33,944 bases of DNA from Candidatus Cloacimonadota bacterium (GTDB lineage Bacteria > Cloacimonadota > Cloacimonadia > Cloacimonadales > Cloacimonadaceae), in assembly GCA_027318525.1 (NCBI GenBank), contig DAHVPA010000001.1, forward strand, positions 1 through 33,944. The letters are read 5' to 3'. Each line of letters begins with the position of its first letter. Position 1 is the stretch's first letter. The translations under genes and the position numbers were made by a program. Positions 18,105 to 25,409 of the stretch are shown piece after piece. The notes below the pieces were generated by a model. It was given only the letters and a program-made list of their open reading frames with translations, searched no databases and had not been told where the DNA came from.

Positions 18105-18181
18105 GCTCTCCACGAGATTTAAGAAAGTAGATAGGTATATTAATCTATTTAATGTTGCCCTTAATTATTTTAAGATTAACC

Positions 18182-18209
18182 TTGACAATATATAGCTTAT
18201 ATTTATTTT
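18182..18209 (+). promoter_or_regulatory. Putative promoter of the DUF2089/DUF4097 operon
   Basis: TTGACA (18182-18187), a 16-nt spacer, then TATTTT (18204-18209). The AGAGAGG SD and ATG 18238 follow about 20-30 nt downstream. Confidence 0.4.
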
Positions 18210-18237
18210 ATCCTTATATATATCAAGAGAGGTTGAT

Positions 18238-18600
18238 ATGAAACTTAGCACCTGTCCCGTTTGTCATGGAAAGCTTAGAATAAAAGAATATCAATGCTGC
18301 GAGTGCCAGCTTGTTTTGCGAGGTGATTTTGAGGAAAGTCATTTTGCCAATCTATCACGAGAACAACTCGACTTTGTCCGGACATTTATTATTGTGCAGG
18401 GCAATATCAAAGAGATGGAAAAGCGCTTGAATATTTCTTATCCCACCGTCAAAAACAGATTGTCCGATATTATTAAAGCCTTCGGACATACAGAAACAAA
18501 CAACATTGATTACAGCGATGTCTTCAGCGATCTGGAAGAAGGATTTGTCAGCGTGGAAGAAGCATTGACTATGATCGAAGCAAGGAGAAAAAAGAAATGA
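18238..18600 (+). CDS. DUF2089-type protein: N-terminal zinc ribbon + C-terminal HTH-like domain
   Basis: CPVCHGKL..(7 aa)..CCECQ zinc ribbon. LSREQLDFVRTFIIVQGNIKEMEKRLNISYPTVKNRLSDII matches my recollection of the DUF2089 pattern. The stop overlaps the next start (ATGA). Confidence 0.75.
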   Translation: MKLSTCPVCHGKLRIKEYQCCECQLVLRGDFEESHFANLSREQLDFVRTFIIVQGNIKEMEKRLNISYPTVKNRLSDIIKAFGHTETNNIDYSDVFSDLEEGFVSVEEALTMIEARRKKK

Positions 18601-19991
18601 AAACTATGAGAATCGAACGCCGGATAGGACTTCCTGAAATCAAGGAAGTCAACATCAGCAATGAATTTATGGGAACCAGACTGACTCAAGGGGAACCCGG
18701 TGAAGTTATGATTATTGCTGAACTTCTTATCAGGTCTTCCGGGGATGTGGAAATCAAAGAAGAAGACCTGATCGAAGTCAACATCAACGAATCGAAAGGC
18801 AAGGTTGAGATTGATATCACAGAACCCGATCTGGATGAGGACGATTATGACATCAGCGAACGCAGCAGCCTCACGATTGTCCTCCCCCCCGAAATAAAAG
18901 TAAAAGCCGAGACAGAAAACAACTTTATCATTGCGGAAGGACTTCAAAACAACCTTGACCTGACCAGCGAGAACGGCTCGCTCAAGGTTATCGGATGCAC
19001 GGGCAACATCAATATCACCAATGAGAATGGTCTCATCAAGCTGGAAAAGGTTATTGGTGAGCTTTCCATCAACGAAGAAAATGGACCCATCTCCGGAGAT
19101 GACCTGAGTGGAGGCAAACTTAGCATCAAGTCAGAAAATGGTGCAATCAAACTACGTAGCTGCCAGTATGAAGATGTGGAGATTCATAATGAAAACGGCA
19201 TGGTCTTTTATGAAAGCTTATTGGTGGATGGCGGCTCCATCGATATCAAGAACGAAAACGGACACATCAGCCTGACGCTTTCCCCCATGCAGGGCTTCGT
19301 CCTCAATGCCAAAGCTGAACTGGGACAGATAAAGAACAACTTTATCACGTCCGCCGGGATTCCGGAAAACGGCATGTTTGATACTTACAATCTGGAAATC
19401 GGTGATAAATCCATGCAGATAAACCTGGTCACCGAAAACGGGATGATTAAATTGAATTCCTCCGATATGCTGGGCTCTGATTTCTTCCATGGAAAGCTGG
19501 ATTTTATCAAAGAAATGCTGAAAGACAATTCGGAACAAGGATTGAAAGAAGCTCAGAAAATCATAGGACAGCTCATTGCTTCTCTAACCAAACTCATCGA
19601 AAAGGTAAGTGAAGAAGGAGTTAAAGAAAAAATCGAACAAGCCCTCAAGCAGTTGAAAGAATGGAAGGGTAGAATAAACGAACCGGAACTCAAGGACAGT
19701 GTAAAAAATTCCTTCGACAGCATTTCCACAGACGTGGGAAAAGCAGTTCAGGAAGCACTTAAGGCTGCTCAGGAAGCGATGAAGGCTACCAGAGAGAAAT
19801 ATCAAGAGGAGTTCAAACCTCACATTGAAAAACACTTTGGCAGAGGTAAGGATTTTGTCCGTCACTTCCGTGGATTCAGGTTTGACGGTTTCCCGTATGC
19901 ACCACCGCCTCCTCATTCCGAAAAAGAAGCCATGCAGGACAAAGCACGGCTTAAAATCCTGGAAATGCTGGAAGCCGGTAAAATCACGTAA
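18597..19991 (+). CDS. DUF4097 (beta-helix 'putative adhesin' fold) protein with K/E-rich helical region and truncated SHOCT-like tail; LiaX/YvlB-like
   Basis: There are seven ENG-x-[ILVM]-x-[LVYG] repeats about 20 aa apart (SENGSLKV, NENGLIKL, EENGPISG, SENGAIKL, NENGMVFY, NENGHISL, TENGMIKL). A long helical K/E-rich segment and PPPP follow, then ARLKILEMLEAGKIT followed by TAA. No signal peptide or TM segment is visible. The same frame continues as EEAEKLLKAIH to TGA 20027. Confidence 0.75.
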   Translation: MKTMRIERRIGLPEIKEVNISNEFMGTRLTQGEPGEVMIIAELLIRSSGDVEIKEEDLIEVNINESKGKVEIDITEPDLDEDDYDISERSSLTIVLPPEIKVKAETENNFIIAEGLQNNLDLTSENGSLKVIGCTGNINITNENGLIKLEKVIGELSINEENGPISGDDLSGGKLSIKSENGAIKLRSCQYEDVEIHNENGMVFYESLLVDGGSIDIKNENGHISLTLSPMQGFVLNAKAELGQIKNNFITSAGIPENGMFDTYNLEIGDKSMQINLVTENGMIKLNSSDMLGSDFFHGKLDFIKEMLKDNSEQGLKEAQKIIGQLIASLTKLIEKVSEEGVKEKIEQALKQLKEWKGRINEPELKDSVKNSFDSISTDVGKAVQEALKAAQEAMKATREKYQEEFKPHIEKHFGRGKDFVRHFRGFRFDGFPYAPPPPHSEKEAMQDKARLKILEMLEAGKIT

Positions 19992-20044
19992 GAGGAAGCA
20001 GAAAAATTGCTTAAAGCAATCCATTGATATATGTCCTAACAATC

Positions 20045-20075
20045 AAAGACAGCTGTGAAAGGCTGTCTTTTTTTT
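20045..20075 (+). terminator. Intrinsic terminator after the DUF4097 gene
   Basis: AAGACAGC-TGTGAAAG-GCTGTCTT stem-loop followed by a run of T residues. Confidence 0.8.
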
Positions 20076-20092
20076 GAGCAGTTACTTTGCTC

Positions 20093-20119
20093 TTGACAGA
20101 TAAAGCGACTGTGAATTGA
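20093..20119 (+). promoter_or_regulatory. Putative promoter of tRNA-Pro (and possibly the downstream ABC genes)
   Basis: TTGACA at 20093-20098, then GATAAAGCGAC-TGTGAATTGAG. Spacing and TGT..ATT layout match the tRNA-Ala upstream region. The -10 element is weak. Confidence 0.35.
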
Positions 20120-20133
20120 GGTCTAATAACGGT

Positions 20134-20212
20134 CGGGATGTAGCGCAGTCCGGTTTAGCGCGTTCGGTTCGGGACCGAAAGGTCGCTGGTTCGAATCCAG
20201 TCATCCCGACCA
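20134..20212 (+). tRNA. tRNA-Pro (anticodon CGG), CCA encoded
   Basis: Hand-folded cloverleaf: CGGGATG/TA/GCGC-AGTCCGGTTTA-GCGC/G/TTCGG-TTCGGGA-CCGAA/AGGTC/GCTGG-TTCGAAT-CCAGT/CATCCCG/A/CCA. The D-loop is slightly long at 11 nt. Confidence 0.9.
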
Positions 20213-20246
20213 TTTAACAACCTGCAACCATTCTCCGGGAATACAT

Positions 20247-22022
20247 ATGAAACACAATGAGCAAAGCTGGTTCTTTTACATAGGAAAGATTATCCCCTAT
20301 CTCAAAAAGGATAAGTGGCTCTTTATGTTCGGACTTTTTGCCATGTTGCTAACCTCGGGAATGCGATTGGTGGACCCTCTCATCCTTGCTCATATCATTG
20401 ATAAAAGTATCCCTCGTAAAGATATGACTGATATGCTGCGCTATGGCGGTTACTTTGTCATTGTGATTATTATTTCGGGAATTCTATCCTATCTGCAAAT
20501 CATCCTGATGTCGCGCCTGGGAATCAAGATTATCACTAACTTCAAGGGCAATGTCTTCCGGCATCTGCTCAAAGCACCCCTTTCCTGGTTTAACACTCAG
20601 CCTGTGGGAGAACTGATTGCCAAGGTCGAAAGCGACAGTGAAAGGGTCAAAAATCTGTTTTCGGATTTATCCATACAAGTTATTGGAAATATCATCTTCT
20701 TTGTCGGTGTTTACGTCATCCTGATGATAAAATCAAGCCGCATCACTCTGCTGATGACTGCTCCTGCAATTATCATCATGGTCTCTTACTATTTTGTGGT
20801 CAGATACCTTTCCAAGTATTACAGGCGCATCAGAGAACTCTATGCTGACATTACTGCCAAAATAACTGATTTCGTGCAGGGAATGCAGGTAATTCAAGTG
20901 CTTAATCAACAGCAAAAGGTATTCAACCATCTAAGCAAATCTTCCAGTAGCAAAAAAGCGATGGATACAAAAGCATCATTTATTGAATACGGCATGCAGG
21001 GTGTCTTTGCCTTTGTTTTCGAGGTTTTGTTTGTTATTATCATTATCAAGGTTTCTGCACCCAGGATAATTATCGGCACCATGACAATAGGAACCCTGTT
21101 TGTCTTTATCCAGTATATCTTCAAGCTTATGTGGCCATTGATGAACATCTCTGAGAATGTTATGCAGATACAGCGTTCTTTTGTGTCCTTAAAGAGAATT
21201 CTGGATTTAACAGCTTTGACAACAGAAGAAGAAATCCATACCGGCAGTAAAATCCCGCTCTTTGAACATGAAATTCGCTTTGAACATGTATGGTTTGCTT
21301 ACAAAGATGAAGACTGGGTGCTGAAAGATGTGTCCTTTTCAATACCTAAAGGGCAAAAAATTGCTTTGGTCGGTGCTTCCGGTAGCGGTAAAACGACAAC
21401 GGTCAGCCTTTTATGCGGGTTCTACCAACCTCAGAAAGGGAAGATATTGATAGATGATGTCTCTCTTGATGATCTGGATATTTACTTATGGCGAGAAAAA
21501 ATCGGTCTGATTCTGCAGGATATTTTCCTTTTCCCGGGAAACATCCTTGAGAACATCAGAGTTTACAATGATGAAGTATCCATCAAGGATGTAAAGAAAG
21601 CTGTAAACATAGTGCAGCTTGATGACTTTATCCAAAATCAGGCTTCCGGATTGCAGACAGAATTGGCTGAACGCGGCCAAAACATTTCACAGGGTGAGAA
21701 GCAACTCATCAGTTTCGCCCGAGCCCTTGCATTTTCACCGGAAGTGATAATCATGGACGAAGCCACCGCCAGCATTGATCCGCAGACCGAAACACGCATC
21801 CAGAAATCCATGGAGCGTGTCCTGGAAAACAAGACTGCCGTAATCGTCGCTCATAGATTAACGTCTGTCCTGGATGCCAATCAAATCCTGTATTTCAGGG
21901 ATAACGAGATTATCCACCGTGGTAATCATAATGAACTAATGTCAACCTGCGAAGACTATAAACGTCTGGTTGAATTGCAGATGCTTAGCAGTTCGACCGA
22001 AGACACAATTGAGACAATATGA
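20247..22022 (+). CDS. ABC exporter, fused permease/ATPase (type IV exporter fold), subunit 1 of a heterodimer
   Basis: Six TM segments plus an NBD. Walker A is GASGSGKTT, the signature is atypical (ISQGEKQ), Walker B plus the catalytic Glu is IIMDEATASID, and the H-loop is AHRL. Confidence 0.9.
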   Translation: MKHNEQSWFFYIGKIIPYLKKDKWLFMFGLFAMLLTSGMRLVDPLILAHIIDKSIPRKDMTDMLRYGGYFVIVIIISGILSYLQIILMSRLGIKIITNFKGNVFRHLLKAPLSWFNTQPVGELIAKVESDSERVKNLFSDLSIQVIGNIIFFVGVYVILMIKSSRITLLMTAPAIIIMVSYYFVVRYLSKYYRRIRELYADITAKITDFVQGMQVIQVLNQQQKVFNHLSKSSSSKKAMDTKASFIEYGMQGVFAFVFEVLFVIIIIKVSAPRIIIGTMTIGTLFVFIQYIFKLMWPLMNISENVMQIQRSFVSLKRILDLTALTTEEEIHTGSKIPLFEHEIRFEHVWFAYKDEDWVLKDVSFSIPKGQKIALVGASGSGKTTTVSLLCGFYQPQKGKILIDDVSLDDLDIYLWREKIGLILQDIFLFPGNILENIRVYNDEVSIKDVKKAVNIVQLDDFIQNQASGLQTELAERGQNISQGEKQLISFARALAFSPEVIIMDEATASIDPQTETRIQKSMERVLENKTAVIVAHRLTSVLDANQILYFRDNEIIHRGNHNELMSTCEDYKRLVELQMLSSSTEDTIETI

Positions 22023-22032
22023 GGTCTGCCCG

Positions 22033-23787
22033 ATGAATTATCATATTAAGTGGATTTTCAAAGAGTGGGCTTCACAAAAGTGGTGGGTTCTGCTGCTTTT
22101 GCTTTTTACGCTATTGAGCAGCGCTGTCGCAGTTGCATATCCAATTGTGTTTAAAAAGCTTATAGATTTATTATCAGACATCTTGAAGTTTCCTGCCAAT
22201 TATCCCACCCCGATGCATCAGGTAAACAGAATCATCATGCTTTTCCTGGCTATCGGGTGCGGACAGCTTATAACAGGATTCTACCCATCCTTCCGGGCTT
22301 TTATGAATGTCCGGTTTGAACATGCTCTCAGGATGCGTTATTTTGGCAACATCCTGGATAAAGACTATACTTTTTATCAGAAATTCCGCACCGGTGACAT
22401 TGTCACAAGGCTTACTGATGACTTGAGTGATTTCCCCAAAGTCGCCTGGTTCCTTTGTTCCGGAATATTCAGAGCGTTGAATTCATTCTCTATGATTGCG
22501 TTCAGTCTTGCTGTCATGTTCAGCCTGAACTGGCTTTTGACCTTGCTTTCCATTGCTTCTCTGCCTTTGATGATGATTGTCTTTTATATAACATCAGATA
22601 AGTTATATTTGAATTTCCAGCGTAACCAGCAAGCTATCAGCGATATCAACAGCCAACTGGAGATGAGTTTCAGCGGGATTCGTATCATTAAGGCTTTTGT
22701 CAGTGAGGAAAAGTATAACCGTTTCTTTGATGCTGCCTTGGCTCGCAGATTCAAGACCGAGATGAGCGTAGTCAAGCTCAATGCTGTTCTGCATTTGATT
22801 TATGAATATATTGATTACTTTGCTCAGATTGGCGTCATCATTTTTGGCGGCTGGATGGCAGTGAAGGGGACCATATCAGTCGGCACCTTTTTCCTGTTTT
22901 ACTCCTATCTGAGTATGATGATCTATCCCCTGCTTGATTTGCCGCAGCTTTTTGTCTCCGGTAAGCAGTGTTTCGTAAATATCGACCGTTTGGATGAAAT
23001 GCGTGATTATCCTGTGGCTCATCCTTCTCCCCAAAACGGATTACAACTTAATACGCTGAATGATATCAGCTTGCAAAATGTCAGTTTCACCTATCCTGAA
23101 AAAGATACCCCTGTGCTCAGAGAGTGTAATCTGGAGATTTCCAAAGGTGAAAAGGTGCTGCTCTTAGGTTCAACCGGTGCCGGTAAAAGCACTTTTGCTC
23201 ATTTGCTGACCGGCGTGTTGCACCCGACTTCCGGAGTTATAGCAATCAACGGGACATCGCTGGACAAGCTTGACATCAAGGCATGGCGCAACCTGATCGG
23301 TTATGTCCCTCAGGAAGCTCTGCTGTTTACTGGAACGATAAGAGATAACATCAACTTCGCCCTGCATGAAACAGACAACATCCCATATTCTGATGTAGTC
23401 AGGATTTCTCAGCTAAAAAGCGAACTGGAAGCCTTTCCTCAAGGTGATGAAACCCATGTCGGCAACAAAGGGTTAACCATTTCAGGCGGACAGAAGCAAC
23501 GGGTAACAATTGCCCGCGCTTTGATTAACAATCCCCGTCTGCTAATTCTGGACGATATCACTGCAGCCCTTGATGCAGAAAATGAAAAACAGCTCTGGCA
23601 GGAGCTTGGGGAGAACTTTACAAACATCACCTGTGTGGTCATTTCTCATCGGCTTTCCACTCTGCGTTATATTGATACCATTATCTTTATTGATTCCATG
23701 GGTTATTGCCATAAAGGAACGCACGATGAACTGGTGATGCGATTGCCTGAGTATCACTCATTTATACATGAGCACTTAAAAAAATAG
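22033..23787 (+). CDS. ABC exporter, fused permease/ATPase, subunit 2 of a heterodimer
   Basis: Walker A is GSTGAGKST and the signature is canonical (ISGGQKQ). Walker B is LLILDDITAALD, with Asp replacing the catalytic Glu. The H-loop is SHRL. ATG 22033 (MNYHIKW..) lies 10 nt after the subunit 1 stop. The ORF is open from 21970, but that start would overlap subunit 1 by 53 nt. Confidence 0.9.
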   Translation: MNYHIKWIFKEWASQKWWVLLLLLFTLLSSAVAVAYPIVFKKLIDLLSDILKFPANYPTPMHQVNRIIMLFLAIGCGQLITGFYPSFRAFMNVRFEHALRMRYFGNILDKDYTFYQKFRTGDIVTRLTDDLSDFPKVAWFLCSGIFRALNSFSMIAFSLAVMFSLNWLLTLLSIASLPLMMIVFYITSDKLYLNFQRNQQAISDINSQLEMSFSGIRIIKAFVSEEKYNRFFDAALARRFKTEMSVVKLNAVLHLIYEYIDYFAQIGVIIFGGWMAVKGTISVGTFFLFYSYLSMMIYPLLDLPQLFVSGKQCFVNIDRLDEMRDYPVAHPSPQNGLQLNTLNDISLQNVSFTYPEKDTPVLRECNLEISKGEKVLLLGSTGAGKSTFAHLLTGVLHPTSGVIAINGTSLDKLDIKAWRNLIGYVPQEALLFTGTIRDNINFALHETDNIPYSDVVRISQLKSELEAFPQGDETHVGNKGLTISGGQKQRVTIARALINNPRLLILDDITAALDAENEKQLWQELGENFTNITCVVISHRLSTLRYIDTIIFIDSMGYCHKGTHDELVMRLPEYHSFIHEHLKK

Positions 23788-23861
23788 CTATTGATTCTTA
23801 ACTGTATTAAATATAAGTGTTTCCACTGCCTGTTACTTCATGACCAGGGTTAGCTCAAGCG

Positions 23862-24347
23862 CTAACGGAACAGCATTTGCAGATTTGACCAGACTGGAAC
23901 TCCCTGGTTGTTCAATAATACCATCCCAATCATGAATGCAACCAACAGGATCAAAATAATCAAACCGACGCTGCAACCTGTCTGCCTGTGACCGCATATT
24001 TCGCATTTCATCATCATGACGGGGATTTCTCCGCCGCAATTGGGACACCTTTTCAGTTGTATGTTTTCATCAAATTTCTGCTTTGTGTCAAATCGGACCT
24101 TGCGCGGAGCTATGGATTTTCTCTCGTAATGCAGATTTCCTGCCGGGATATCCTTCGTGTGTTCATCACTGCCCACTGAAACAACTTTGCGATAGCCTGG
24201 GTTTGCTGTTTTGTCCTGTTCAGGCTGGGTAGTGCTGCCCGGGGTGTTTTGCTTGAATTTCTTGGTGGCTTTGGCTACGACTCGGATGATAAAGAAAATT
24301 ACCGCCAGATTGATAAGAGTTGAGACTATGGATTCCGGTCCGCGCAT
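23862..24347 (-). CDS. Hypothetical bitopic/two-TM membrane protein with central zinc ribbon
   Basis: N-terminal TM segment (IVSTLINLAVIFFIIRVV), zinc ribbon CPNCGGEIPVMMMKCEICGH and C-terminal TM segment (VGLIILILLVAFMIGMVLL). An AAGGGG SD lies 5 nt before ATG 24347. The ORF is open to 24389. Confidence 0.6.
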   Translation of the reverse strand: MRGPESIVSTLINLAVIFFIIRVVAKATKKFKQNTPGSTTQPEQDKTANPGYRKVVSVGSDEHTKDIPAGNLHYERKSIAPRKVRFDTKQKFDENIQLKRCPNCGGEIPVMMMKCEICGHRQTGCSVGLIILILLVAFMIGMVLLNNQGVPVWSNLQMLFR

Positions 24348-24445
24348 AAGCACCCCTTTAAGATTTATTAGATAAAGTATCTTTTCCACTCGTTTGTCTG
24401 CTTGTCAATCAGTTTGTTTTGCATAATCCTGTTTCTGGGTCTAGA

Positions 24446-24485
24446 GAGGGTTTTCGGAGACTTAGTCTCTGCAGACTCTCTGCAA
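24446..24485 (+). repeat. Intergenic palindromic repeat, copy 3 of 4
   Basis: GAGGGTTTTCGGAGACTTAGTCTCTGCAGACTCTCTGCAA, located in the divergent intergenic region between 24347 (-) and 24621 (+). Confidence 0.85.
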
Positions 24486-24620
24486 ATCCTCATCATCAAA
24501 AAAGGTCAAACTTATGTTTGGTAGAGCAGAGATAGATTTCCTGCCCTGATTATTCTGTATTGACAAAAAAAGCAGAACCGCAGAAGCTAATTCCAAAGCT
24601 AAGCAGAAAGAGGTGACGGC

Positions 24621-25409
24621 ATGACAGACAACTATGTTATACTCAAGACTTTTACCAATGTGTTTGAGGCAGATTTAGCCAAAGGTCTGCTGGAAGAAAA
24701 CGGAATCAGGGTCGAGCTCAAGAATGAGATTTTTAACAGCATTTATTCCACATTTGCCGGAGATATGTTTAAAATAGAGCTTTGGGTGGCGCAGGATGAG
24801 GCTGAAGACGCCCGCCGCATAGTGGATGCCTATACCGAAGGATTTGTCGTCAACAGCCTGCTGACTGAAGCCGGTGCATTATTGGAAGGGCACTTCGTTC
24901 TTACTTCCGGACGACATAGCGGCAGATATATCGAAAAAATCCGCATTCTACAAAATCCCGCCTCTGCCGCCATTCTCTGCCGGCACCTGGCTGAACAGCT
25001 TTCCGCTTATGACTTTGATGCTGTGGTCGGACCAGCTTACGGTGGCATTGCACTGGCTTTTGAAGTGGCAAGGCTCATGGGTAAGCAATTCATCTTCACT
25101 CAGAGGAAAGATGAACAAATGACCATCCGTAGCGGATTTGACCTCCAGAATATCCGTAGCGTGGCAGTTATCGAGGATATTGTTACCACCGGGGGCAGTA
25201 TCAAAGAAGTAGTTGTCTGTCTAAATGAAAAGGGCATAGAAGTGGCAGCTATCGGTGCTATTGTTGATCGTTCCGGAGGTAATGTCGATTTCGGATGCAC
25301 CTTCATTCCCCTCCTGACCTTGGATGTTCCAAGCTGGGATGCAGATTCCTGCGAGTTGTGCAGAAATGGAGTCCCGATTACCAAACCCGGCAGCAGTGAT
25401 AAAAAATGA
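24621..25409 (+). CDS. DUF2007-like N-terminal domain fused to a PyrE-like type I phosphoribosyltransferase
   Basis: The N-terminal ~70 aa (YVILKTFTNVFEADLAKGLLEENGIRVELKNE..IELWVAQDEAEDARRIV) fit the DUF2007 pattern. The remainder has GHFVLTSGRHSGRYIEK, the PRPP loop VAVIEDIVTTGGS and the C-terminal CELCRNGVPITKPGS, typical of one OPRTase-like subfamily. An AGAGG SD is present. Confidence 0.7.
   Translation: MTDNYVILKTFTNVFEADLAKGLLEENGIRVELKNEIFNSIYSTFAGDMFKIELWVAQDEAEDARRIVDAYTEGFVVNSLLTEAGALLEGHFVLTSGRHSGRYIEKIRILQNPASAAILCRHLAEQLSAYDFDAVVGPAYGGIALAFEVARLMGKQFIFTQRKDEQMTIRSGFDLQNIRSVAVIEDIVTTGGSIKEVVVCLNEKGIEVAAIGAIVDRSGGNVDFGCTFIPLLTLDVPSWDADSCELCRNGVPITKPGSSDKK

Noticed and set aside
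18960-19460. Apparent periodic DNA repeat (GAAAA[CT]GG every ~60 nt) inside the DUF4097 gene.
   Set aside because: The periodicity reflects the ENG motif of the protein's beta-helix repeats. The nucleotide sequence between the motifs is not conserved, so this is not a DNA tandem repeat.
19989-19991. Stop-codon reassignment (TAA read as sense) as the explanation for the interrupted SHOCT-like tail.
   Set aside because: TAA terminates well-defined genes in the same window at the expected protein ends (GH13 at 6607-6609, tkt at 8939-8941). A genome-wide code change is therefore not supported.
21970-22032. Upstream start of ABC subunit 2, overlapping subunit 1 by 53 nt.
   Set aside because: The extension (MNCRCLAVRPKTQLRQYEVCP) has no ABC-like features. 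ATG 22033 begins a typical N-terminus right after the subunit 1 stop.
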